Shown: in pieces, positions 1 through 9,305 of the stretch
Layout: every line of letters starts with the position of its first letter
Position numbering within the stretch: position 1 is the first letter of the stretch
Source: Elusimicrobiota bacterium
Lineage (GTDB): Bacteria > Elusimicrobiota > Endomicrobiia > CG1-02-37-114 > JAHJSO01
Direction: 5' to 3'
NCBI GenBank assembly: GCA_043826435.1
Contig: JBDRQF010000010.1
Location: forward strand, 1,818 to 65,817
Length of the DNA stretch: 64,000 bases
Position numbers and translations under genes: made by a program
Notes under the pieces: model-generated
What the model was told of the DNA's origin: nothing
Database searches by the model: none
Seen by the model: only the letters and a program-made list of their open reading frames with translations

Positions 1-2046
1 TTTGAAGACGCAACCGTGGAGTTTGATTCTTCAACATACAGGGTCACTTTTAAAGTCCGGGAAAAGCCCTTCCTGAAAAAGATTGATTTCAAAGGCAATA
101 AAAAATTCTCAAAAGGCCGGCTCAGGGACGATATGACTGCTAAGGAAGATGAATACATGGACACAATGTCGCTGGACAGAGACAGGCAAAAGATATACGA
201 CCTCTATGCGGAAGAGGGTTACACTGACACCGTGGTTTCCTACGAGCCGACAATAGACAGGAATACCAACAGGGCGACCGTAACCTTCTTTATAACCGAA
301 GGGAAGAAGGTGAATGTAGAAAGCGTCCGGATTGCCGGAACAAAATTCTTCAATGAAAAAAAGGTCCTGCGTCAGATTCAGACAAAAAAGAAAAAGGTCT
401 TCAAGGAAAAGATTATGGCGGAAGACATTGAAAAGATAAGGAATTTCTATACAAACTCAGGGTTTGAAAGCGTGGATGTCTCAACCCCGGCAATGTCCTA
501 CAACGAGGACAGGACGAAGGTATCCATAACCATAAACATATCGGAAGGCCCCCGTTACCGCATAGGCGGGATTGGATTTTCAGGGATGAGCGTTTACACG
601 GAAGAGGACCTGCACAAGGTCATCCAGATAAAGACAAAACAACTGTATAACAAGGAAAAGATTGAATTATCAAGACAATCAATGGCGGAACTCTATTCGG
701 AAAAGGGCTATCTGCGCGTGGAGATTGTGCCCGAATTTACAAAATACCTTGAAACCGGTGTTATGGACATAAATTTTAACATTACCGAAAACAGCATCGT
801 CTATCTGGATAGGATTTACATTGACGGGCTGGCGCAGACAAAAGAGTTCGTCATCAGGCGGGAGATATTGCTGGAAGAAAAACAGCCATTCAACAGCATA
901 AAACTACGCAGGAGCGTTGAAAAGATATATAACTTAGGGTTTATAGACGAGGTGAAGGTTGACCTGCAGGACACCGGCTCGCCCGACACAGCCGACCTTG
1001 TTCTTAATGTAACCGAAGGCAAACCGGGGATGCTTTCTGCGGGCGCGGGGTATTCTTCCATAGATAAACTTGTCGGGACTTTGCAGGTGACCCACATGAA
1101 TCTTTTCGGCAGGGCTCAACGGCTTAACCTTATGTGGGAATTCGGTGACAGGAGACAGAACTATGAAATTAGCTGGACGGAACCGTGGTTCATGCACAAG
1201 CCGTTAAGTTTAGGCACGGGGCTTTACGATTTAACCAGAAAACAGTACTACTCCGACATGTACGCCTACACGTACAACAGGCAGGGCGCAGATATAAAGG
1301 TGGGCCCGCGACTGAGCGACTACCTGAACCTGTTCTTCATATACAGTTATGAAAGAATCACCATCACGGACATCCAGCCCGGAGTTTTAACCGTCGCCGG
1401 TTCCGAACTGACATCCAGTTTTACGGGACAGGTGATCTACGACAACAGGGACAACGTTTTTGATGCTTCCAGGGGCAGCAGGAATTCGTTTTCTCTGCAA
1501 CTGGCAGGCGGGCCTTTTAGCGGGGACGTGCATTTTTATAAACCGCTAATACGCTCTTCGTGGTTTTTAAAGACCGTCTGGAAGTTCGTATTGTCTGCGA
1601 ACGCAACACTGGGGTATGTTGAGAGTTACAACAACTACCGTATGACCGACCCCAACATGTTCCATGTCGGCGGGGCTGATTCCGTGCGCGGTTATACCTA
1701 CAATACCCTGAATCCGCCTGAAGGCGGAAGGGTGATGTTCATCGGCAATATTGAATATAAATTCCCTATCGTTCAGGAGAAAGGCCGGACAATACTTCAG
1801 GCAGTGCTCTTTTACGACGTAGGTGCCGGCTGGACTGATTTCAGCAAATTTAATTTCAATACGGGCGCTACCGACGAGTGGACGTATTACAGGAAATGGG
1901 ACAACCTGATGAAATCCGGGTGGGGGTTTGGTATAAGGTTCACAACGCCAGTTTTTCCCATACGGCTTGACTGGGGCTGGCCGGTCCATCCGAAAATCGG
2001 CCAGACATCGCCTGAATTCTACTTTTCAATGGGCCAAATGTTTTAA
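1..2046 (+). CDS. bamA: Outer membrane protein assembly factor BamA (5' truncated by window edge)
   Basis: POTRA-like repeats (IRREILL, IYNLGF), NLFGRAQ, FHVGGADSVRGY loop, PIRLDWG and C-terminal Phe; frame open from base 1. Confidence 0.96.
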   Translation, partial: FEDATVEFDSSTYRVTFKVREKPFLKKIDFKGNKKFSKGRLRDDMTAKEDEYMDTMSLDRDRQKIYDLYAEEGYTDTVVSYEPTIDRNTNRATVTFFITEGKKVNVESVRIAGTKFFNEKKVLRQIQTKKKKVFKEKIMAEDIEKIRNFYTNSGFESVDVSTPAMSYNEDRTKVSITINISEGPRYRIGGIGFSGMSVYTEEDLHKVIQIKTKQLYNKEKIELSRQSMAELYSEKGYLRVEIVPEFTKYLETGVMDINFNITENSIVYLDRIYIDGLAQTKEFVIRREILLEEKQPFNSIKLRRSVEKIYNLGFIDEVKVDLQDTGSPDTADLVLNVTEGKPGMLSAGAGYSSIDKLVGTLQVTHMNLFGRAQRLNLMWEFGDRRQNYEISWTEPWFMHKPLSLGTGLYDLTRKQYYSDMYAYTYNRQGADIKVGPRLSDYLNLFFIYSYERITITDIQPGVLTVAGSELTSSFTGQVIYDNRDNVFDASRGSRNSFSLQLAGGPFSGDVHFYKPLIRSSWFLKTVWKFVLSANATLGYVESYNNYRMTDPNMFHVGGADSVRGYTYNTLNPPEGGRVMFIGNIEYKFPIVQEKGRTILQAVLFYDVGAGWTDFSKFNFNTGATDEWTYYRKWDNLMKSGWGFGIRFTTPVFPIRLDWGWPVHPKIGQTSPEFYFSMGQMF

Positions 2047-2077
2047 TGCCACTTTCAGATAACAGGAGAACTCATGA

Positions 2078-2251
2078 ATGAGAAGTAAATTGCCAGATAT
2101 TATTGACAACAAATCTTTTTTACTTAAAGATGCCATAAACTTGCTTTTGAAAAAATCGCAATTAAGCAAAATATGGGAGCGCAACGATTGTTTAGTCAGA
2201 TGGAAAACAACAGCGTGTAATCCGTTCGTGACATTTCGCCACACTGATTGA
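2078..2251 (+). pseudogene. 57-codon ORF resembling the extreme N-terminus of PLD-SNF2 helicase-type proteins; likely gene remnant
   Basis: RBS AGGAGA upstream; MRSKLPDIIDNKSFLLKDAINLLLKKS resembles the xDIIDNxxxxLxDxLxxLL start of such proteins, after which similarity is lost. Confidence 0.35.
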
Positions 2252-2340
2252 TATTCAAAAATTTACACTACACTACTAAAATTTTGTTATAATACAGTGT
2301 AGAATACAGAAATTAAAAATATAAAGGGGAAAAATAATAA

Positions 2341-2871
2341 ATGAAACAAATTATAATACAGGAAATTATTGAACAAAAGATTTTTTTTATTCGTGGACAT
2401 AGAGTTATGGTTGATAGCGATCTTGCACATATATATGGTGTTACCACAACAAGATTAAATCAACAAGTAAAAAGGAATTTAAGTCGCTTCCCGAAAGACT
2501 TTATGTTTCAATTAACGAGAGATGAATTCAAAAATTTGATGTTGCAATTTGCAACATCAAATAAAGGACAAGGTGGCCGTCGTAAATTACCATATGTATT
2601 TACGGAACATGGAGCTATTATGTTAGCGAGCGTATTGAACACTCTTATTGCTGTGAGATCCAGTATCCAAGTAGTACGTGCATTTGTCAAATTAAGAGAA
2701 ATTCTTTCAACCCATAAAGAACTTGCCCATAAATTAACCGAACTTGAACAAAAGATTGAAAAACACGATACTGAAATTAAGACTATTTTCGAAGCAATTC
2801 GCCAGTTAATGGCTCCACCAACAAAACCTAAACGCCCTATTGGATTTTTGGGTAGTCATGATATAGGTTAG
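2341..2871 (+). CDS. ORF6N-domain DNA-binding protein
   Basis: IFFIRGHRVMVDSDLAHIYGV..LNQQVKRN..RFPKDFMFQLT..GGRRKLPYVFTEHGAIMLASVLN; C-terminal RPIGF; AT-rich. Confidence 0.93.
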   Translation: MKQIIIQEIIEQKIFFIRGHRVMVDSDLAHIYGVTTTRLNQQVKRNLSRFPKDFMFQLTRDEFKNLMLQFATSNKGQGGRRKLPYVFTEHGAIMLASVLNTLIAVRSSIQVVRAFVKLREILSTHKELAHKLTELEQKIEKHDTEIKTIFEAIRQLMAPPTKPKRPIGFLGSHDIG

Positions 2872-3020
2872 TATTGAGAGAGGAATTATTTTATGGATAT
2901 ATTATCCTTATTAGGATTTCTTATGTATAAAGAGTTAATGGAAAGAAGATACTCTGACAGAGTTAATAGTTTTATTGAAAAAGTTCCGTATGGGCAAAGA
3001 ACGGGAAGGAGAATAAAAGT

Positions 3021-3245
3021 ATGCCTATCAAATTGACAGCGGAACTTGCAGAAAGATTATTATCACAACCGGAAACAGGTATGGGTTATCAAAAAGTAAA
3101 TATTATACTTAAAAATGGCGATGTAATAAGAGACACTATTGTGTATAATGCCGGAAATTTGGAATTGCCAGAAAAATTCTCTGAAGTAAAAGTTTCCAGT
3201 ATCGCACAAATTGAATTGGTTAAGGAACCAGTATCAACTATATAG
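3021..3245 (+). CDS. Small hypothetical protein with PETGMGYQ motif
   Basis: RBS AAGGAG; 74 aa; AT-rich composition like the neighbouring insert. Confidence 0.7.
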   Translation: MPIKLTAELAERLLSQPETGMGYQKVNIILKNGDVIRDTIVYNAGNLELPEKFSEVKVSSIAQIELVKEPVSTI

Positions 3246-3376
3246 ACCGTGAGTTAGCCGAAGTAGGCTCTGTAAGAGCAGAACATTATTATGGGTTTAC
3301 AGAAATGGTTGGGACGTTTCACTTGAAAAAACAATTTGAAAATTTAAAATAGGGGACACCGGAGGAGGAATAAAAA

Positions 3377-4141
3377 ATGAAAAAAATATCTTTTGTATCT
3401 TTGTTCTTTATTGTTATTCTTTTTTCATACGCACACGCGATTGAGATTCCTCTTGAAGGGACCGGCGACGGGACAAGCGTCGGCTATGTTGACATGGAAA
3501 AGGTATTCGCCGCATACCCGAAATTCATTACGTTGAAACAGGAGTTTGAAACCCTGAAAAAACAAAAGGATGCGGAGGTGTCAAAAAAAATTGAAGAAGT
3601 AAACTTAATTAAGAAAGACATCCTGACACTTGAGACGCAACTCGTCCAGGAGAAAATAAAGAAACAACTCAGTGAAGATACGGCGAAGGGGACTGAAACC
3701 GCAACCTTGCAGGAAACACAGTCCGTTGCCGAAACCACGACTACTGCTGAAACAGCCGCTCAGGGGACAATCCCTGCCACTACCGAAACCCAGCCCGCAC
3801 AGGAAACCGTTCCGGCCGCACAATCCGCACAATCCGAGCAACTTGCGCAGTCCCAATCACAATCAATGGCATCCGCCATTGAAGAAGAACTCGTCGTAAA
3901 AAGAGAAAAACTCCTCACACAACAACAGGAATTAGAGGCATTAAAAATAAAGGCTGAAAAGGAAATCAGGGATTTTGAAGAAAGCAAGACCCTCTCAATA
4001 ATGGGGGAGATATATCAAATAATTGAACAACTTGCAAAAGAGGAAAACATTTCCATTGTGGCGGAGAAGGCAAGCATCCTGTACGGCCAGGCGAAGACCG
4101 ACCTCACGGACAAGGTTATGGACAGGATAAGAGGCAAATGA
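3377..4141 (+). CDS. skp: OmpH/Skp periplasmic chaperone with Thr/Ala/Gln-rich insertion
   Basis: Signal peptide, VGYVDMEKVF, coiled coil, ILYG..DLTDKV end; between bamA and lpxD. Confidence 0.85.
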   Translation: MKKISFVSLFFIVILFSYAHAIEIPLEGTGDGTSVGYVDMEKVFAAYPKFITLKQEFETLKKQKDAEVSKKIEEVNLIKKDILTLETQLVQEKIKKQLSEDTAKGTETATLQETQSVAETTTTAETAAQGTIPATTETQPAQETVPAAQSAQSEQLAQSQSQSMASAIEEELVVKREKLLTQQQELEALKIKAEKEIRDFEESKTLSIMGEIYQIIEQLAKEENISIVAEKASILYGQAKTDLTDKVMDRIRGK

Positions 4142-5184
4142 CAATGAAACTAACCCCGGAGGAAATTGCACGGATTATATCGGGAGAGTTGGAACAACCA
4201 AAGGGCGCACCTGCTGCCGGCAAAATTATCATAACCGGGGCCGCGGGTCTGAAAGAGGCGTCCGGGACGGACGTATCCTATTTTTCCGACAGCCGTTTTA
4301 CCGGAGACCTTCACAAAACGAAAGCAGGCGCGGTTATTATTTCATCCGGCATTCCGGGGTTTGAAAAGATTAAGGAAAGTATCGGCGTTCCCCTGATAAA
4401 AGTAAAGAACGCATTGCTTTCATTCACCCTTATCCTTGAAATACTGGAAAAGGAAAGGACCGTCCGGCAGGAGGGCGTTCACAAAACCGCAATCGTCTCA
4501 AAAACTGCCAAATTAGGCAGTGGCGTTTCCGTCGGAGCGCACTGTGTCGTAGAAGAAAACGCGTTCATAGGCGGGGGCAGCGTTATCTTCCCGCAGGTCT
4601 ATGTCGGGCAAAACGTTAAAATAGGTAAGAATTCCAAAATATACCCGCAGGTGGTGATAAGGGAGAATGTGTCCATCGGCGAAAACACCATTATCCATTC
4701 GGGGAGCGTCCTCGGTTCCGACGGGTTCGGTTACATTAAAAACGGAACCCTGCACAAGAAGATACCGCAAATAGGCCGCATTGAAGTAGGCGACAACGTT
4801 GAAATAGGGGCAAATGTCGCAATTGACCGCGCAACGACCGGCGCGACGGTTATCGGCAGCGGAACAAAGATTGATAACCTCGTCCACATTGCCCACAACG
4901 TCCGGATAGGAAAAAACTGTCTTATCTTAGGGCAGGTGGCTGTTGCGGGTAGTTCAGTTCTCGGCGATAACGTTACCCTTGCAGGACAGTCGGGTGTCAC
5001 TGACCACGCAAACGTCGGCGCTAACGTGACTGTGGCAGGGAAGTCCGGAGTAATCGGGGACATACCCGACGGCCAGGTCGTATCGGGATTCCCCGCAAGG
5101 CCTCACAGGGAGAATATGAAAACACAGGCAATACTGCACCGGTTACCCGATATTATTAAATCGCTAAAAGAAAAGAATAAATAA
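4138..5184 (+). CDS. lpxD: UDP-3-O-acylglucosamine N-acyltransferase
   Basis: Hexapeptide repeats, GSDGFGY, KIPQIG, IDRAT, KIDNLVHIAHNV. Confidence 0.97.
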   Translation: MTMKLTPEEIARIISGELEQPKGAPAAGKIIITGAAGLKEASGTDVSYFSDSRFTGDLHKTKAGAVIISSGIPGFEKIKESIGVPLIKVKNALLSFTLILEILEKERTVRQEGVHKTAIVSKTAKLGSGVSVGAHCVVEENAFIGGGSVIFPQVYVGQNVKIGKNSKIYPQVVIRENVSIGENTIIHSGSVLGSDGFGYIKNGTLHKKIPQIGRIEVGDNVEIGANVAIDRATTGATVIGSGTKIDNLVHIAHNVRIGKNCLILGQVAVAGSSVLGDNVTLAGQSGVTDHANVGANVTVAGKSGVIGDIPDGQVVSGFPARPHRENMKTQAILHRLPDIIKSLKEKNK

Positions 5185-5194
5185 GGACGGGCGG

Positions 5195-6541
5195 ATGGAC
5201 ATAGAAATGCAAAAGACCCTAAGGGGAGAGATTAAAATTTCGGGCAAGGGGCTGCACACCGGGAACGCCACCACCATGACTTTTAAACCTTCTCCTGCGG
5301 ATTCGGGAATAAAATTCACCAGGACTGATTTACCCGGCTCCCCGTCTGTTCCGGCCAGGGTTGAATATGTAAGCGGGACCATGCGGGGGACTGCGCTCGG
5401 TATAAACAAAAATGCCGCCGTATATACGGTTGAACACCTGCTCGCTGCATTATACGGTCTCGGGATAGACAACCTTGAAATTCTGCTGGACAACAACGAG
5501 CCGCCGGTACTTGACGGCAGCTGCAGGGGTTTTGTGGAGTACATACAACAGGCGGGCATAATAACCCAGAATAAACCGAAAAACTTCATCGTCCTTAAAA
5601 AACCCATAAGGTACTCAAGCGTAGAAAAACAGCACACCGTTGAAATAGTCGCAGAGCCGTCCGACGAATTCATCGTTGAATACCACCTCTCGTACGACCA
5701 CCCTCTCGTCGGGAAGCAGTCATTCCGTTTTGTCCTGAACTCCGATGCCTTCTGCAGGGAAATCGCCCCTGCAAGAACGTTTTGTTTTGATTTTGAAGTT
5801 GAAACACTGAAAAAATATAACCTTGCAAAAGGGGGGGGGCTTGACAACACGATAATTGTCGGGTTTGACAGGATACACAACGACGAAAAACTCAGGTTTC
5901 CGGATGAATTCGTCAGGCATAAACTGCTGGATTTGATGGGGGACGTCTCCCTGATCGGCTCACCTGTCAAGGCGCGCATAACGGCAAAATATTCGGGCCA
6001 TAAGCACAACATAAACTTCCTGAAACTGATGCAGCGGGAGATGGCAAAAGAAGCGCAGATTGCAGGGGGGGTGAACGTAACAATGTTAGACAGGGAAATT
6101 TCTACGGAGGAGGTCAAGCAAATCATACCGCACCGCGAGCCGTTTCTTATGATTGATACCGTCCGGATACCAGACCTGCAAAAATCGGCCATAGGGTACA
6201 AACGATTAACAGGCAAAGAGGACTTTTTCAGGGGGCACTTTCCGGGTAACCCCATAATGCCCGGCGTCCTGATAGTTGAGGCGATGGCCCAGACCGCATG
6301 CGTGCTTCTCCTTTCACGGCCTGACCTGAAGGACAAACTCGCTTATTTTATGTCCATAGAAAAAACAAAATTCAGGAAACCGGTTTATCCGGGTAATACC
6401 CTTGAATTAAAGATTGAGGTTCTTAAGGCCCGCGGGCGCTCCGGGAAGGTGCGCGGCGAGGCATTCGTTGACGGTGTAATAGTGGCTGAAACGGAATTCA
6501 TGTTCATGGTGATTGACAGGCCTCAAAGGAGTGATACTTAA
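5195..6541 (+). CDS. lpxC-fabZ: Bifunctional LpxC deacetylase / FabZ dehydratase fusion
   Basis: GKGLHTG, TVEHLLAAL, IAPARTF, RHKLLDLMGD, followed by PHREPFLMID and FFRGHFPGNPIMPGVLIVEAMAQ. Confidence 0.96.
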   Translation: MDIEMQKTLRGEIKISGKGLHTGNATTMTFKPSPADSGIKFTRTDLPGSPSVPARVEYVSGTMRGTALGINKNAAVYTVEHLLAALYGLGIDNLEILLDNNEPPVLDGSCRGFVEYIQQAGIITQNKPKNFIVLKKPIRYSSVEKQHTVEIVAEPSDEFIVEYHLSYDHPLVGKQSFRFVLNSDAFCREIAPARTFCFDFEVETLKKYNLAKGGGLDNTIIVGFDRIHNDEKLRFPDEFVRHKLLDLMGDVSLIGSPVKARITAKYSGHKHNINFLKLMQREMAKEAQIAGGVNVTMLDREISTEEVKQIIPHREPFLMIDTVRIPDLQKSAIGYKRLTGKEDFFRGHFPGNPIMPGVLIVEAMAQTACVLLLSRPDLKDKLAYFMSIEKTKFRKPVYPGNTLELKIEVLKARGRSGKVRGEAFVDGVIVAETEFMFMVIDRPQRSDT

Positions 6542-6543
6542 AA

Positions 6544-7353
6544 ATGATACATAAAACGGCAATAATTAATAAATCAGCGCAAATCCATCCGTCCGCGGAG
6601 GTAGGGGAGTATGCCATAATAGGGGAAAATGTTTCAATAGGGCAGGGAACAAAGGTCGGTCCTTACTCTTTTATTGAATACAGTATTATCGGGGAAAACT
6701 GCAAAATATCAAACCACACGGTAATAGGCGCCCCTCCCCAGGACATGAAATACGGCGGGCAGGAAACAAAAGCCATCATAGGGAATAACTGCACCATAAG
6801 AGAGTTCACAACCATTCACAGGGGCTCAAGCACCGGCGTTACAAAGGTCGGTAACGGTTGTTATTTTATGGCTTATTCACACATAGCCCACGATTGCGTC
6901 CTCGGCGATGAGGTCATTCTGGCAAACTGCGGGTCGCTTGCCGGCCACGTTGAGGTGGAGGATTTTGTTATCATCGGCGGCCTGGCGGCTGTACACCAGT
7001 ACACCCGTATAGGGAAACTTGCAATGTTAGGCGGCGGCGCAATGGTAACAAAAGACGTGCCCCCGTTTACGATGGCCAGCGGCGACAGGGCAAGGTTATA
7101 CGGTCTAAACGTTGTCGGGCTCAAGAGACGGGGATTCAAAAACAAAACAATAAAACAGTTAAAACACGCGTACCACATACTTTTTAATTCAAGGATAAAT
7201 TTTTCAATAGCGTTAAGACAACTTGAGGAAACACATAAGAAAGAGGATTTCGGCAGAGAGGTTGACCACATTATCGGGTTTATCAAAATGACAAAAAGGG
7301 GAATTGTCTTCCCGGCAAACAGAAGGGTGAAGTTTAATGAAAGCGATACCTGA
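6544..7353 (+). CDS. lpxA: Acyl-ACP--UDP-N-acetylglucosamine O-acyltransferase
   Basis: PPQDMKY, IREFTTIHRG, HIAHDC, LAGHV, GLNVVGLKRRGF. Confidence 0.97.
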   Translation: MIHKTAIINKSAQIHPSAEVGEYAIIGENVSIGQGTKVGPYSFIEYSIIGENCKISNHTVIGAPPQDMKYGGQETKAIIGNNCTIREFTTIHRGSSTGVTKVGNGCYFMAYSHIAHDCVLGDEVILANCGSLAGHVEVEDFVIIGGLAAVHQYTRIGKLAMLGGGAMVTKDVPPFTMASGDRARLYGLNVVGLKRRGFKNKTIKQLKHAYHILFNSRINFSIALRQLEETHKKEDFGREVDHIIGFIKMTKRGIVFPANRRVKFNESDT

Positions 7354-8164
7354 GTCCATCGGGATAATAGCGGGTCGCGGTCTGTTACCCGTTGAGATCG
7401 CCCGCAACATACTGAAAAAATCCCCGCAGACAAAAATATTTTCAATCGGTTTCGCAGGTGAAAACAACCGGAAGATGAGATATTACTCATCCGAAGCCGT
7501 CGTTGTCCCGCTCGGACACATGGGGGTGATGATTGAATACCTTAAATCGCAAAAACTCAAAAACGTCCTTATGGCGGGACTCATAAGGCATACGAACATT
7601 TTTGGCTCCGGCACCAAACTTGACCCGCTCGCAAGTAAGATATTTGATGAAATAAAAGACAGGAGAGCCGACTCCATCCTCGGCGGTGTTGCGGACCACC
7701 TGCAACGGGAGGGCATTACGTTACTGCCGCTAATTGATTTTGCTGGCGGCATGCTTGCAGCGGAACGGAATAACGGCGTCTGCCTGCCCGGCAAAAAACA
7801 TACCGAAGACATTGAATTCGGCTTCGGCATTGCAAAGGAAATATCCCGGATGGACATAGGCCAGACGGTGGTCGTAAAAGACAGGTGCGTCGTCGCAGTA
7901 GAATCGCTTGAAGGGACCGATATGTGCATCCTGCGCGGAGGGAGATTGGCCGGCAGGGGCTCAGTCGTAATCAAAGTGGCGAAAATGCACCAGGACCTCA
8001 GGTTTGATTTGCCTGTTATAGGACCGCGGACGATGAAACTGATGAGAAGAACCGGTTCCGGCGTAATATCCGTTGAGGCGGGGAAGACATGCATCGTTGA
8101 CAGAGAAAAAACGATATCACTCGCAAATAAATACAATATCAGCATATGGGGCAGGGGCGCTTAG
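7337..8164 (+). CDS. lpxI: UDP-2,3-diacylglucosamine diphosphatase LpxI (DUF1009)
   Basis: GIIAGRGLLP, DIGQTVVV, AVESLEGTD, QDLRFDLPVIG. Confidence 0.94.
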   Translation: MKAIPESIGIIAGRGLLPVEIARNILKKSPQTKIFSIGFAGENNRKMRYYSSEAVVVPLGHMGVMIEYLKSQKLKNVLMAGLIRHTNIFGSGTKLDPLASKIFDEIKDRRADSILGGVADHLQREGITLLPLIDFAGGMLAAERNNGVCLPGKKHTEDIEFGFGIAKEISRMDIGQTVVVKDRCVVAVESLEGTDMCILRGGRLAGRGSVVIKVAKMHQDLRFDLPVIGPRTMKLMRRTGSGVISVEAGKTCIVDREKTISLANKYNISIWGRGA

Positions 8165-8196
8165 TGTAGTGTCCCTGACAGATCTTTATGTTTGGT

Positions 8197-8281
8197 TGTC
8201 GTTGCGAGGAGTGTTAGCGACGAAGCAATCTCGTTTTTACCGATGAGATTGCCACGCTCCCTTCGGTCGCTCGCAATGACA
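8197..8281. repeat. REP-doublet-like palindromic element, subfamily A
   Basis: TGTCGTTGCGAG..GAAGCAATCTC / GAGATTGCC..CTCGCAATGACA; near-exact reverse complement of the outer arms at 38765-38799 and 38898-38933. Confidence 0.88.
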
Positions 8282-8366
8282 GTCCGATGGGTATTCAAAT
8301 GTCAACGTGCACGGGGCCATGTGCGGGGATACAGGTCTTGCATCATCTGACAAACAGGTACCGTCT

Positions 8367-9305
8367 ATGGAAAAAACAAATGTTTGTGTGGTCGGCGTCG
8401 GTAATCTGGGGCAGCACCATGCTCGTATCTATTCCCAGATGGAAAACGTTTGCCTTGCGGGCTGCGCCGATACCGACAGCAAGAAACTCTCAAAGGTATG
8501 CTCCTCTTATAAGACACAGGGCTACACCGACTACACCCAACTTCTTGACAAGGTTGACGCCGTAAGCGTTGTGGTCCCGACCACGATGCATTTCAGGGTT
8601 GCCAGGGATTTTCTGCTGAACGGCGTCCACTGCTTCGTTGAAAAACCTCTCACTACGAGCGTGCAGGAGGCGGAGGAACTTATCTCCCTTGCAGAAAAAA
8701 AGAATTTAATACTGCAGGTAGGCCATATTGAAAGGTTCAACGCTGCAATACTTTCGGTCAGGGATTACATAAAAGAACCGAAATTTATAGAAGCCAGCCG
8801 TTTAGGGCCTTACGACCCGCGGGTGAGCGACGTCGGCGTGGTGCTTGACCTTATGATACACGACCTTGACATTGTCCTCTACCTCGTGAATAGCAAAGTT
8901 ACGGACATAGAGTCCTACGGCACGAGCATTTTCTCGTCGCATGAGGATATCGTGAAGGTACGGCTGAAATTTGAAAACGGATGCATCGTTGACCTGTCCG
9001 CAAGCAGGGCGACCTTCGGCAAATACAGGAAACTCAGGATTTTCCAGCCGTCCGCCTACATCTCAATTGACTATTCGTCACAGAGGTTCAGGGTTTACAG
9101 AAAAAAAACAGAGAACGTCCAATCAATGAAAGACATAGAAATAATAAGCCCTCGCCTTGCAAAGGTTGAACCGCTCCGCAAGGAACTTGAACATTTTATA
9201 GAGTGCAGCCGTGAAGGGAAAACCCCCATGGTCAGCGGCGAACACGGCAGGGACGCCCTTGAACTTGCGCTTGAAATATTAAAAAACCTGATTCTCCATG
9301 GCTAA
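8367..9305 (+). CDS. Gfo/Idh/MocA oxidoreductase, GnnA-like UDP-GlcNAc 3-dehydrogenase
   Basis: VVGVGNLGQHH, VEKP, QVGHIERFN, DVGVVLDLMIHDLD; between lpxI and lpxB; start moved to ATG 8367. Confidence 0.85.
   Translation: MEKTNVCVVGVGNLGQHHARIYSQMENVCLAGCADTDSKKLSKVCSSYKTQGYTDYTQLLDKVDAVSVVVPTTMHFRVARDFLLNGVHCFVEKPLTTSVQEAEELISLAEKKNLILQVGHIERFNAAILSVRDYIKEPKFIEASRLGPYDPRVSDVGVVLDLMIHDLDIVLYLVNSKVTDIESYGTSIFSSHEDIVKVRLKFENGCIVDLSASRATFGKYRKLRIFQPSAYISIDYSSQRFRVYRKKTENVQSMKDIEIISPRLAKVEPLRKELEHFIECSREGKTPMVSGEHGRDALELALEILKNLILHG

Noticed and set aside
3238-3270. attC-like right end (GAGTTAGCCGAA) after the 74-aa ORF
   Set aside because: No matching RYYYAAC left end or hairpin, and no integron integrase.
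5831-5839. G9 tract in lpxC as a phase-variation site
   Set aside because: In frame (encodes GGG) in a normally essential gene; no sign of slippage.
8161-8180. TAGTGTAGTGT matching the reverse complement of ACACTACACTA near 2265
   Set aside because: An 11-bp match 6 kb apart around core genes is too weak to call element ends.
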